64,000 nt of DNA from Candidatus Omnitrophota bacterium. GTDB lineage: Bacteria > Omnitrophota > Omnitrophia > Omnitrophales > Aquincolibacteriaceae. Numbering within the stretch: position 1 is the stretch's first letter; every line of letters starts with the position of its first letter. The stretch spans positions 53,144 to 117,143 of the forward strand of contig JBMONI010000024.1 in the NCBI GenBank assembly GCA_049324575.1, given 5' to 3'. A program made the translations under genes and the position numbers. The notes beneath the pieces are model-generated. The model did no database searches and was not told the DNA's origin. It worked only from the letters and a program-made list of their open reading frames with translations. Positions 47,985 to 58,900 of the stretch are shown here, piece by piece.

Positions 47985-50900
47985 GGCGGTCCGCTCTCCC
48001 CAAGGACCGGCAAAACGACCGTGATCGTCGTGCCCTTCCCTTCTTCGCTCGCCACGTCGATACGGCCCCCGTGATTCGCCACGATCTGTTGGCAAACCGT
48101 CAGGCCCAGCCCTGTCCCCTTGGTCTTGGTCGTGAAAAACGGCTCATGGATCTTGGAAAGATTTTCTCGGCTGATCCCGCAGCCGTTGTCCTCGAACCGG
48201 ACGGCAACCTCGCGGCCTTCATTCTCATACCCGGCTCCGACCACGATCCTTCCGTTCTTATTCGAAACCGCATCCACGGCATTGATCAAAATATTGTGGC
48301 AGACTTCTTTGACTTGGAAAGGGTCGAACTTGAACACTTTGCCGCGGATGTTTTCATAGTTCTTCACCCATTCAATCGCGTGTTCCCCCGCCCCGTGCTT
48401 CACCGCCTCGATACATTCCTCCAAAAGATCAAAAAGATCCGCCTCTTCCCAAACGGGCTTCCGGATGCGGGAATAAAACAAGAGGTTATTGATGATCTGA
48501 TCCGACTCCGCCACTTTTTTCTCGATGTGGATAAGATGCTTCTCGAGAAGCGGACCGGGGGCTTTTTGCTTGATGTTATAGGATGCGATACGGATCGCCC
48601 CAAGCGGCGTCCGCAATTCATGCGCCACGGTCGCGGCCAGGGCGCCAATGTCGGAAAGCCGTTTAGCTCTCTCAAGCTCGGTCTGGGCGCGGAACAACTC
48701 GTCGGTCCTTTCCTGGACCAGTTTTTCAAAGGTTTCCTTGTCCCGTTTCAGGATCTCTTCGGCTTTCTTCCGGTCCGTGATATCGATACAAATACCGGTC
48801 ATACGCTTTGGCTGTCCATGGTCATCGTAGAGGGTATTGCCCATTGCACTGATCCACCGCACTTCTCCGCCCGGTAAAACGATCCTATATTCATTCTGAA
48901 GCGGAATGCGGTCGCGAATAGCTTGATCGATCTTTGCTTCGGCCGCGGCACGGTCCTCGGGATGGAGCGCTTTTTTCCAGACCTCAAAAGAGCTCTCCCG
49001 GGAGGACGGATCCAGCCCAAAAAGAAAAAAGAACTCCGGCGACCAGGTGAGTTCCCCGGTCTTCAAGTCCCAATCCCAGATCCCCGCTCGGGCGGCCTGC
49101 TGCGCAAGGACCAGCCTTTCGTGAGCTTGACGCAGCGCTTCCTCCGCATGCTTTCGGTCGGTGATGTCCTGGGTGATGCCGAATCCGCCGGTGAATTTTC
49201 CGTGCTCATCGAATTCCAGATAGGCTTTCTCACGCACCCACTTGACGTGGCCGGAAACCACGATCCGGTGTTCGACCTCATAGGGCTTGCCGGTCAGTCC
49301 TGCCTTCCACTCGCGATCCACGAATTCACGGTCCTCGGGATGAACGCATTCCATAAAGGTTTCATAACTCATCGGAGCGCCCAGCGGGACGCCGAAAATG
49401 CGATGGTTTTCCTCCGACCACGTCAGAACATTGCGCCGCATATCCAGACGCCAGCTCCCCACATGCGCGACCGCCTGCGCATGGCTCAGGTCCTGCTGGC
49501 TTTTCCAGAGCGCTTCTTCGGCACGCTTGATCTCGGTAATATCCACGCTGAAACCGATGATCCCGATCATTTCGCCCTTTTCATTCACATAAGGCACTTT
49601 GTTGGTGCTCACGATCTTTCTTTCCCCTCTTGCCTCCATCGCTTCGACGATCCCGTATTTCGGCTGACCGGAGGCCAACACCGCACGATCGTCCTGCCAA
49701 TAGGCCTCCGCTTGCTCTTTCGGATAAAGGTCGAAAACGGACCGGCCCTCCAGTTGCTGTTTGGGCAACCCCATCATCTCTTCAAACTTCTTGTTCGTCC
49801 GGATAAAGCGGTTTTCTTTGTCCTTATAAAAGATCATCGCAGGCACGGAATCGAGGATCGTCTGAAGTTCGGCTTTCTTACTTTCGGCCTGGGCAGTCCG
49901 CTCCCGGACCAGGTCTTCCAAATGCGCACGATGTTCGGCTAATTCCGCCTCCGCCCTTTTACGATCCGTAATATCAATCCCTATTTCAAGCACCAATCGG
50001 GCGCCGTCGGTGTCGGTAAAAGGAAGCGCGTGCACCTCATAATCGCGTCCGTCCGGCCCGGTCCATTCCCCGAAATAAGGCCGGCCGGAGCGGAGCGTCT
50101 GGAAGATCTCGCAATTTTCGCAGCGGTCCCTCTGGTTGAAGATACACTCGTAGCATCGCCGTCCATGATCTTTTCCGAAGTGCTCGCGGAAGAATTTATT
50201 GGCGAAAGACACTTCCTTGCAGCCTTCCGACAGGAGCACCACATAGACCGGAAGCGTTTCCAGAACCTCGAAGAGCCGCTTCCGCTCAGCGATCGCCGCC
50301 GCTGAAAACTTTTTCAGTTTTCCGGACATTTGATCGAAAGCCCGGGAAAGCTGACCGATCTCATCGTTCGACGAGGACCCGATCTGATATTCCCAATTCC
50401 CGTTTCCAATGATCTCCGTGCCGCGGGTAAGACGCTGAAGCGGCTTCGAGATCGATCGCATCAGGGAAAGCGCCAAAAAACCGCTCAGCGCGATCACGAC
50501 CACAAGAAAAACGGCCACCTGATTTCGTAACCGGCGGATATCCGCAAAGGCTTCCCGGCGATCGATCTTGGCCACCAGGCCCCAATCGAGCGTCGGGATA
50601 TGGCGCCATGCCGCCACCACTTCCCGGCCACGGTAATCGATGTCGGCACCAACGCCTCTCGGCTCCTGTATGGCTTTCTGGATAGGGCCCCCAAGCGCAT
50701 CCCCGAGTCGGATACGCCTTTCCAAGGCTGCGCGGGGGTCATGACGAAGGGGGTTTAAAAAGATCACCTGATCCCCGAGCTTTTTCCCGATCAAAGTCTC
50801 TCCGGTCTTTCCCAGGCCGGTCACATCCTGGATCATTCGGTAAAAGGGCGCGAGATCCGCCTCAAAAACGATCCACCCGATCGGCAAACCGTCCGGATCT

Positions 50901-51439
50901 AAAAGCGGCGCCGTTGCCCGGACCGCGAGATGTTGGCGGGAAGGTTCATGCACCAACACATCGGAAATAAAAGCCCCTTCGTCCTGACCTTCGTGGATCT
51001 TCCGCTGACGTTCCGCGAGTTCTTTCAGAAAGTCTTCTTCGAAATGACGGGGATGGCTCGCATAGATCGGATCGCCGTCAAGGTCGAGGAGAATAATGGC
51101 GGATAACCGCCAGACCCGGGTCGCTTTTTGCAGGATCTCGTCGAGTATTTTCGTGGCCACCGCAGTCTCTGAAGCGGACGGTTCCCCGGCAAAGCGCGCG
51201 CAAATGGAAAAGTTCTTTCGGACCGAATGGTCGGCCTGAATGATCCCGAGGTCCGCTTTAATCGACGCAAAATACGCTTCGATATTTTCCGCTTTCAAGT
51301 CCGCAATGCTTTGAAGATGGGCAAAAACCTCGCCGCGCATCGACCTTTCATAATTACGAAAGGTCAGGAAGGTAATGAAAACGAGAGGAAGAAGGCAACA
51401 TCCCAGGAATAAGAAGATCAGCTTCGAGCGTATTGACAT
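47981..51439 (-). CDS. Cache-HAMP-multi-PAS sensor histidine kinase
   Basis: 2 TM, HAMP (DEIGQLSRAFDQM), four PAS domains ending DIT(D/E), VAHELRTPL, EPFFTTKTKGTGLGL. Confidence 0.93.
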   Translation of the reverse strand: MSIRSKLIFLFLGCCLLPLVFITFLTFRNYERSMRGEVFAHLQSIADLKAENIEAYFASIKADLGIIQADHSVRKNFSICARFAGEPSASETAVATKILDEILQKATRVWRLSAIILLDLDGDPIYASHPRHFEEDFLKELAERQRKIHEGQDEGAFISDVLVHEPSRQHLAVRATAPLLDPDGLPIGWIVFEADLAPFYRMIQDVTGLGKTGETLIGKKLGDQVIFLNPLRHDPRAALERRIRLGDALGGPIQKAIQEPRGVGADIDYRGREVVAAWRHIPTLDWGLVAKIDRREAFADIRRLRNQVAVFLVVVIALSGFLALSLMRSISKPLQRLTRGTEIIGNGNWEYQIGSSSNDEIGQLSRAFDQMSGKLKKFSAAAIAERKRLFEVLETLPVYVVLLSEGCKEVSFANKFFREHFGKDHGRRCYECIFNQRDRCENCEIFQTLRSGRPYFGEWTGPDGRDYEVHALPFTDTDGARLVLEIGIDITDRKRAEAELAEHRAHLEDLVRERTAQAESKKAELQTILDSVPAMIFYKDKENRFIRTNKKFEEMMGLPKQQLEGRSVFDLYPKEQAEAYWQDDRAVLASGQPKYGIVEAMEARGERKIVSTNKVPYVNEKGEMIGIIGFSVDITEIKRAEEALWKSQQDLSHAQAVAHVGSWRLDMRRNVLTWSEENHRIFGVPLGAPMSYETFMECVHPEDREFVDREWKAGLTGKPYEVEHRIVVSGHVKWVREKAYLEFDEHGKFTGGFGITQDITDRKHAEEALRQAHERLVLAQQAARAGIWDWDLKTGELTWSPEFFFLFGLDPSSRESSFEVWKKALHPEDRAAAEAKIDQAIRDRIPLQNEYRIVLPGGEVRWISAMGNTLYDDHGQPKRMTGICIDITDRKKAEEILKRDKETFEKLVQERTDELFRAQTELERAKRLSDIGALAATVAHELRTPLGAIRIASYNIKQKAPGPLLEKHLIHIEKKVAESDQIINNLLFYSRIRKPVWEEADLFDLLEECIEAVKHGAGEHAIEWVKNYENIRGKVFKFDPFQVKEVCHNILINAVDAVSNKNGRIVVGAGYENEGREVAVRFEDNGCGISRENLSKIHEPFFTTKTKGTGLGLTVCQQIVANHGGRIDVASEEGKGTTITVVLPVLGESGPP

Positions 51440-51578
51440 CGCAATGCGGTCCTTACTTGCGAGCGCGAACCCGCCTTTTTTTAGTCATGTTCATAACGGT
51501 ATTTCTTGCCCCCCCTTATCCGACACGAGACCGAACCGTCCAGCAGCAGTCCTTCGGATAAAGAAAAATCGAAAAATA

Positions 51579-52367
51579 TCAGCGTCTTCTTTCGGAGCGC
51601 TTTTGTTTGCCTTTTCCTTTTCGAGCCGCCGGACGAGAAGCCAAGGAGCGTTTTCCCGTCTTCTTCTGGCGAAATTCCGTGGGGGTCTTCTTGGTAAAAC
51701 GTTTGAATTGACGGATAAAGGATTCCGGGTTTTCATAGCCGAGCTTGTAGGCGATCTGGCTCACATTCCCGTCACTGCCGCGGGCCAAAAGGGTTTTTGC
51801 TTTTTCGATCTTGAGTTTGATCCGATACTGCACATAGCTTTCCCCGGTCTCTTCTTTAAAGAGCCGGCTAAGGTACTTCGGGCTCAAGCAGACGGCTTGC
51901 GCCGCGTCTTCCAGATTGGTTTTTTTGAAACAGTTCCGTTCAATAAAGCGTTTTACTTTCTCGATCTTACCGTGCGTGCTCGCCGTATCGATATCGCTCC
52001 CCGCATGTTGCTTTTCCAGGATCGTTTCCACCATGGCCCGGATCTTTTTGGGATCGGCCGGTTTCTCGATATAGTCGTCGGCATGGCCTTTAAGCGCTTC
52101 GATCGCCGTATCTTTGTCGCTGTAACCGGTCATGATGATGATCCCCAGGGCCGGATCGGTTCGTTTGATCTCACGAAGGACATCGATCCCCCCGCGGCGG
52201 GGCATCCGGACATCCAAGATGACCAGATCAATGGCATTGGCTTTGCGGATCATATCCACGGCTTCCTGTCCATTGGCGGCTTCCAGAACGCGATATTCGG
52301 AAAAGAGATCTTTCATCTCTTCCCTGAATTCCTTATCATCATCGACGACCAACAGAGTTTCCGTCAT
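51579..52367 (-). CDS. Response regulator with AraC-type HTH
   Basis: ILDVRMP receiver; LSPKYLSRLFKEETG, IAYKLGYENPESFIRQFKRFTKKTPTEFR. Confidence 0.92.
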   Translation of the reverse strand: MTETLLVVDDDKEFREEMKDLFSEYRVLEAANGQEAVDMIRKANAIDLVILDVRMPRRGGIDVLREIKRTDPALGIIIMTGYSDKDTAIEALKGHADDYIEKPADPKKIRAMVETILEKQHAGSDIDTASTHGKIEKVKRFIERNCFKKTNLEDAAQAVCLSPKYLSRLFKEETGESYVQYRIKLKIEKAKTLLARGSDGNVSQIAYKLGYENPESFIRQFKRFTKKTPTEFRQKKTGKRSLASRPAARKGKGKQKRSERRR

Positions 52368-52919
52368 GGTACTGTCCCTTTTTTCTTCAGGAAAACCCGC
52401 AACCCTTTCTCCTCGGACCATAAGCCATCCTCATGGTCCGACCTAGGATACCCCAAACGCTCCCCCAAGTCCCATCCCCAGGCACCAGGAGACTTTCCGA
52501 GATCGATCCGAAGGCTAGCGTGTATATAACTACCATGAATCGAGAGTGGAAAAAAGTGATTTTGCTCCCCCGTCTCCCTCCGATTTCCATTCTCTGACCT
52601 CTCACCATGACGGCGCATTGCCCACTCGCTTCTTATTCGTCAAACGGCGCTCCCTTCTCAAAGAAATACCTTCCGCTTTTCGCTTTTCTGTAATGGAAAT
52701 ACGGTGAAAAAACCGGGATTTTCCGTAGAAATAAGTCAGTAAAAAGCCGAACCCGCTTCTAGACTCTGAAACCCCTGGAGCCGCATAATGCAGGGCGTTT
52801 GGAAGAGACGTATGCAGAAACAATACCGCCCGGCCCAGGCCGTGGCCAAAGAGAAAGGCGCAGGTTATTTCCATGTTGCCGCGTGATAGTTTCTCACTTT
52901 TGATAAAATGGAGGCCGAC

Positions 52920-53309
52920 ATGATGCAAGAGACGGACAATGCGATCATGGTCGTCGACGATGATGAGATCTTCCTGGAAGAGCTTAGCGAATCTCTGGCC
53001 TTAAGCGGTTACAACATGATCGCCGTCAGCGATCCCACCGAGGTCATTGATCTGGCATCCGGGCTGAAACCCAAACTGATCCTGTTGGATATCAATATGC
53101 CGGGGAAGACCGGACTGGAGATCATCCGCGAGATCGGAAAACTCCCGGAATTCGACGATGTTCCCGTGATCGTGATGAGCGGCTTCTTCCAAGATGAGCT
53201 CATGCTGCTCAACGAAATTCGCGGGATCAAGCGACTCGTCAAGAAACCTTTCGGTTTAGCGGACATCCTCGGGATCATTCGGGACACCCTCAAAGGAATC
53301 CCGGCCTGA
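52920..53309 (+). CDS. Single-domain response regulator, paralog of 46710..47141
   Basis: GGAGG RBS; VVDDDEIFLEELSESLALSGY, LLDINMP, KPF. Confidence 0.9.
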   Translation: MMQETDNAIMVVDDDEIFLEELSESLALSGYNMIAVSDPTEVIDLASGLKPKLILLDINMPGKTGLEIIREIGKLPEFDDVPVIVMSGFFQDELMLLNEIRGIKRLVKKPFGLADILGIIRDTLKGIPA

Positions 53310-53381
53310 AGAGAATTCTCACGAGGACACGGACGGCCCTAGGAGGTTTGCGTTGAATCCATTACGATCGAGCCGGATGCC

Positions 53382-54839
53382 ATGAAACTGTCAAAGACAA
53401 TCCATTACGCGACGCTCTCGGCCGCTTTTGTCGGATTCGTTTTTACTCTTTTTATCAGCCACACCTTCGTCCATTTGCACCGGTCCTTCACAATGGCCCA
53501 CTATGAACGCGTGATCAGCGAAAACGCCTTTTATCTCCATTCCCTTCTCTCCGGTCCGAACCCGCTTTCCGCCCTGTCTCCGCTGCCGCCCCAGGAGGGA
53601 TCTTTTTTTGACAAGATCGATCTCCTCCTTTCGCAGTCCCAGGGCCTGAGTAAAGACGATGAAGAGAAAAAGACGCTCGCCGCGATGCAAAAGGACCTTC
53701 GTGGATCACAGCAGTATTTGTCTCAGCTCACAAGCCCCGCCCTGGGCAAAGACCCCGCGGCCCTTGCCGCTTTTCGGGAAAAAGTCTCGGCTCCGATCAC
53801 CCAGATCCGAGACGAAGCCGGCCGGCTTGTCGAGCGTTATGAAGAAGCGGTCCGCGCACGGCTTCACATCGCCCAGGGGGTCACGGTCTTTTTTCTTTTC
53901 CTTCTCTTGGGATTTACCGCCATCGCTATCCTTTGGTCTCACCTCTACTTGTTCCGTCCTTTAAGAGCGCTGGAGATCGGCGCCGAGAAGATATGGGAAG
54001 GTGATTTTCAATACCGCCTGGACTCAACACGCCCGGATGAGATCGGTCATTTATCCCGGACCATGAAGAAAATGACGGACCATTTACTCGACCTCCAGAA
54101 AAGGATCGAACAAGAAGCCCAGCAAAAACTGCAGGCCCAGCACGAACTGCTCGATATCCAGGAGATCGAACGGAAGCGGATGGGCCAGGACCTTCACGAC
54201 GGGATCGCTCAGCGGCTGGTCGGTATTTCCTTCATGGCTCAGCTCGCCGAGGGGAAATTATCTCAGCAAAAGCCTCTCGATGCGGGGGATCTGAAAAATT
54301 TGACCGAGGAGATCAAAAAAACACTTGAGGAAACCCGGCAGCTCGCCCATGGTTTTTATCCTGTCGATCTTCAGCATTGCGGTCTCGCGCCGGCACTGCG
54401 CAATCTGGCCCAGACCTTTGAATCGACTTTTCGGATCCAATGCGATTTCACTTGCCCCGAAGACCGTATTGTCGAAGATCCGGATATCGAGGCGCACCTT
54501 TATCGCACAGCCCAAGAGGCCATGCAAAATGCGATCCGACACGGCGGGGCCAAGGAGATCCGCATTGAATACGGGAAACGGCAAGACACCGCCTTTTTAT
54601 CGATCGCCGACAATGGGAAAGGATTTTCGCCCGGCACGGAGGGCATTCAGCGGGGGATCGGTTTTCGAAGCATGTATTACCGAGCGGCTCTGATCCACGG
54701 CACTATTTCCGTCGAAACGCGAAAGAACCGGGGCACGAGGATCACGGTACGATGCCCCCTGAAGCTCCCTCATCCCCATCCGGACATCGATACGACCCCG
54801 CATCTTGTGATCAACGCGGACAAAACTCCGTCCCTCTGA
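53382..54839 (+). CDS. NarX/UhpB-type (HisKA_3) sensor kinase
   Basis: 2 TM, HAMP, ERKRMGQDLHDGIAQRL, QEAMQNAIRHG, DNGKGF. Confidence 0.92.
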   Translation: MKLSKTIHYATLSAAFVGFVFTLFISHTFVHLHRSFTMAHYERVISENAFYLHSLLSGPNPLSALSPLPPQEGSFFDKIDLLLSQSQGLSKDDEEKKTLAAMQKDLRGSQQYLSQLTSPALGKDPAALAAFREKVSAPITQIRDEAGRLVERYEEAVRARLHIAQGVTVFFLFLLLGFTAIAILWSHLYLFRPLRALEIGAEKIWEGDFQYRLDSTRPDEIGHLSRTMKKMTDHLLDLQKRIEQEAQQKLQAQHELLDIQEIERKRMGQDLHDGIAQRLVGISFMAQLAEGKLSQQKPLDAGDLKNLTEEIKKTLEETRQLAHGFYPVDLQHCGLAPALRNLAQTFESTFRIQCDFTCPEDRIVEDPDIEAHLYRTAQEAMQNAIRHGGAKEIRIEYGKRQDTAFLSIADNGKGFSPGTEGIQRGIGFRSMYYRAALIHGTISVETRKNRGTRITVRCPLKLPHPHPDIDTTPHLVINADKTPSL

Positions 54840-54887
54840 GAGAATCTAGATTTTTTTTGAGATCGGGAAAAAAACCCAGGCGGTCTT

Positions 54888-55649
54888 TTATTCGTTCTGG
54901 ACCCAATGCATCGCCATGCGGATCAATTCCATGTTATTCTTCAGATTGAATTTGACCTTGATCCGCGCGCGGTAGGTTTCGATCGTCTTAACGCTCCGGT
55001 GAAGCTGCTGGGCGATCGCAACCGTCGTCGCCCCTTCACCGATAAGCCGGAAAACTTCCAATTCACGGTCGCTGAGGGACTCCATCGGCGTGAGATTGGC
55101 CTGGCCCATGTATTTTTTCTCGAGGATATGCTCCATCATCCGGTCGCTGAGGTAGATCTGGCCTTCCAGGATCTTGCGGATCGCGATGGCGATCTTTTCA
55201 ACCGCTTCTTGTTTCGTCACATAGCCCCGGGCGCCTTCCCGCAGGACCCGTTCCGCATAAAGCAGTTCGTCATGCATCGACAGAACCAGGGCCGGGACTT
55301 CGGGATGGTCCACTTTCAAGACTTTTAAGAACTCGATCCCGCTCGATCCGTTGAGGGAAATGTCTACGATCACCAGATCGGGTTTTTCGGCCGCCATCAT
55401 GGTCAGCGCCTTGGGATAATCTTCCGCCTCGCCACAAACCGTCATATCGGCTTGGGAGTTAATGAACTCCGCGATACCGCGCCGGATAATGGGATGGTCG
55501 TCAAGGATCAGGATCTTCGCCCGTTTGGAGGCATTGAAAGAGCCCCGGGGCATGGCGGCCGAAGGATCCTTTTTCGCATGCATGCCGGGAAAAGGCTCTC
55601 TCGGAGTTTCTTTTTTTTCTTGCTTGGGAATATCCATCGTTTTTTTCAT
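54888..55649 (-). CDS. NarL/LuxR-family response regulator
   Basis: ILDDHPIIRRG, VDISL, LSDRELEVFRLIGEG, SVKTIETYRARIK. Confidence 0.93.
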   Translation of the reverse strand: MKKTMDIPKQEKKETPREPFPGMHAKKDPSAAMPRGSFNASKRAKILILDDHPIIRRGIAEFINSQADMTVCGEAEDYPKALTMMAAEKPDLVIVDISLNGSSGIEFLKVLKVDHPEVPALVLSMHDELLYAERVLREGARGYVTKQEAVEKIAIAIRKILEGQIYLSDRMMEHILEKKYMGQANLTPMESLSDRELEVFRLIGEGATTVAIAQQLHRSVKTIETYRARIKVKFNLKNNMELIRMAMHWVQNE

Positions 55650-55964
55650 CGCATCACCTATCCCCTAGGGGGATCTGCGCGGTTACGACTCGGTTCAAAA
55701 AAAACCAGAAGAACCTATTCTCTTACACAGGTCCGAAACACGGCATTATCATACCTGAAAATACAGTTTCTGATATAGGGAATTACCCTGAAAAAGGTCG
55801 GGGAAAACCTGATAAAAAGGGGCCTCGGACGAGGCTCCCGAAGGAAAAAAACAAGGGGAAGGTACGCTATGCAAACCGGCCGTTTCACTGAACCTGTCTG
55901 CCCCTTCCCCTTTGTTTTCATCTTCCCGCCCCGTTGCCGCCGAGCGGGAAAAAACGATTCGTTC

Positions 55965-58900
55965 TTAGTTGCTCACCGTAAAAACCACCGGGATCGCATG
56001 ATCACCCGTATCGTCCGTATAAACCATGCTCAGGGTATACGTGCCGTTTGTAAGCGTGCGCGTATCAAACCCGCTGGTACCGTCCCCGTTGGGACCTCCC
56101 CACGTAAAAGGCGGCGTATAGACCTTCCCGGATTTCGTTCCGTTCAGATAATACGCCACTTTCCGGATCCCCGGATTCAGCGTGAGGTTCGGCTGGATCA
56201 TGACCGTCCCGCTCACCGTCTGACCTTCCGTAACACCGCAGATCGCCGTCGTGCAGGAAGCCGCAGGCGGAGACGCCGTCGTCAGGGTCGAGATCGCGGC
56301 CTGTGCCGCCTGATTCCCCGCCGCATCCTTCGACTTCACACGGAATTCATACACCGTGCTTGGGGCCAATCCGCTCAACGTCATTGAATGGTTGGTCACC
56401 AGCGCCGGATCGACGCTCGTCACCGACCAATTCGCGGTCCCTTGGACGCGGTATTCCACCAGGGAATCGCTGGCCTCATCCGTCGTCCATTGGATCGTGG
56501 CGCCGGTCTCGGTCACATTCGCCGAGGTCACCGCGCTGATTACCGGTACGGTCGTATCCGGAGCCGGAACCACGGCATTTTTCACCGTAAAGCTGATTTG
56601 AACCCCGTGATCACCCGTCGCATCGGTATACCCCATCGCCAGCGTGTAATTTCCGTCCGCAAGGGTACGCGTGTCAAATCCCGTCGTCCCATCCCCGCTC
56701 GGCCCGCCCCACAAAAAGGGCGCCTGATATACTTTCCCGGATTTTGTTCCGTTCAAATAATAGGCGACCTTGCGAATACCCGGATGGAGCGTGAGATTGG
56801 GACCGATATTCACCATCCCGCTCACGATAGCACCCTCGGCCACTCCCACGAAATCCCCTGTCGAGGGAACGGTTGTATCGGCCGTCGTCAGGGTCGAGAT
56901 CGCGGCCTGCGTTGCCTGATTCCCCGCCGCATCCTTCGACTTCACGCGGAATTCATACACCGTGCCCGGAACCAACCCGCTCAGCGTCATCGAATGGCTG
57001 GTCACCAGCGCCGGATCGACGACTGTCGCCGACCAATCCGCGGCCCCTTGGACGCGATATTCCACCAGAGAATCGCTAGCCTCATCCGTCGCCCATTGGA
57101 TCGTGGCACCGGTTTCGGTCACATCCGCCGAAGTCACCGCGCTGATCACCGGAGCGGCCGTATCCGCCGGCGTTAAGGTCGTCAGGGTCGAGATCGCGGC
57201 CTGCGTTGCCTGATTCCCCGCCGCATCCTTCGACTTCACGCGGAATTCATATACCGTACCCGGAACCAACCCGTTCAACGTCATCGAATGGCTGGTCACC
57301 AGCGCCGGATCGACGACTGTCGCCGACCAATCCGCGGCCCCTTGGACGCGATATTCCACCAGAGAATCGCTGGCCTCATCCGTCGCCCATTGGATCGTGG
57401 CGCCGGTTTCGGTCACATCCGCCGAAGTCACCGCGCTGATCACCGGAGCGGCCGTATCCGAAGCCGTATTGCTGACAACAAAGGATACCGACATGCTATG
57501 ATCCCCTGTGCTATCGGTATACCCCATCGCCAAAGTATAGTTCCCGTCCGAAAGCGTGCGGGTATCGAATCCTGTCGTTCCATCCCCGCTCGGCCCGCCC
57601 CACAAATACGGCGAGGCGTACACTTTTCCGGACTGGGTCCCATTCAGATAATAGGCGGCTTTCCGGATATCGGGATGCACATAAAGATTCGGCCCGATGT
57701 TCACCACGCCGCTGACCGTGGCCCCTTCGGTCACTCCGACATAGTCCCCTGTCGGTGCCGGATTCGCCGTTGTAAACGTCGCGATCGTAGCCTGAGTGGC
57801 CAAATTCCCCGCCGCATCCCTGGATTTCACACGAAATTGATAGACCGTACTTGCGATCAGCCCGTTCAGGTTGATCGAATGATTCGTCACCCAGGAAGGC
57901 TGCAGGCTTGTCGCAAGCCAATCGCTGTCCCCCTGGACACGATACTCGACCTGCGAATCACTGGGTTCATGAGTGGCCCAGGTGATCGTCGCGCCGTTTG
58001 AAGTGACATTGCTTACCGCCACCGCACTGATCAGAGGCGCTTCCGTATCCGGAGGAAGATTCATCACCGAGAAGCTAACGCTCATCTCATGGGTCTCGGC
58101 CGCCCCATAACAAAGGGCATTCAGGGTGTAATCCCCATTTTCGAGCGTCCGGGTATCCAATCCGCTGGTTCCATTTCCGGAAATACCTCCCCAATAAAAA
58201 GGAGACTGATCGACATCGCCCGAGCTTACGCCGTTCAGCAAATAGACAACCCGGTTAAGATCCGTATGGATCTGGAGATTCGGACCAATCTGGACCGTTC
58301 CGCTGACCGTCGCACCGTTCTGAACACCGGTAAATTCCGGCTGGACACCGCCGGTGCTTCCGAATTCGTACGCGCCAATATCGACACTGCTGCCGGCAAC
58401 CCGCTCATGGCCATCGAGATCCGAAGTTCCGAGCGGATAGACCATCGAACCGGCATCAATCGCGGGACTGCCGGATTGAAGGTGGAAATCCCTGCCGCTC
58501 AAGTCCACAAGCCGCGGATCCACGAACTGGCTTGTCGAACTGAGAGTAAAACCCGCAGGGTGATTGGGGTCATACCAAATATTGTTGCTCTCCGTCATCG
58601 AACCGCCATCCCGCACATAGAGCGCGCCTGAAGCGAGGTTGCGAACGATAATGGAGTTTTGCAGCGTTGTGCTTGAAGCTCCCCCATCGTTATCGATGCG
58701 GATATCGGCGGTTTCGTTGTTCGCAAAAGTGGTGTTGATAAACGTGATCTGCCCCATGCGATTGTTGACCCCATAACCTTCTCCCGCAACAGGGTCCCCA
58801 ACGAAGACTTTTGCGTCATGAGACAAGGAATCCTTCACCACGATCCCGGATCCCCAGACCTTGAAGTTGTTCTTGTTGCCGTAGACTTCGACATTCTCCA

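Noticed and set aside
56281-57459. Repeats as a CRISPR array or mobile element
   Set aside because: In-frame 294-bp protein-domain duplications, with no spacers or cas genes.
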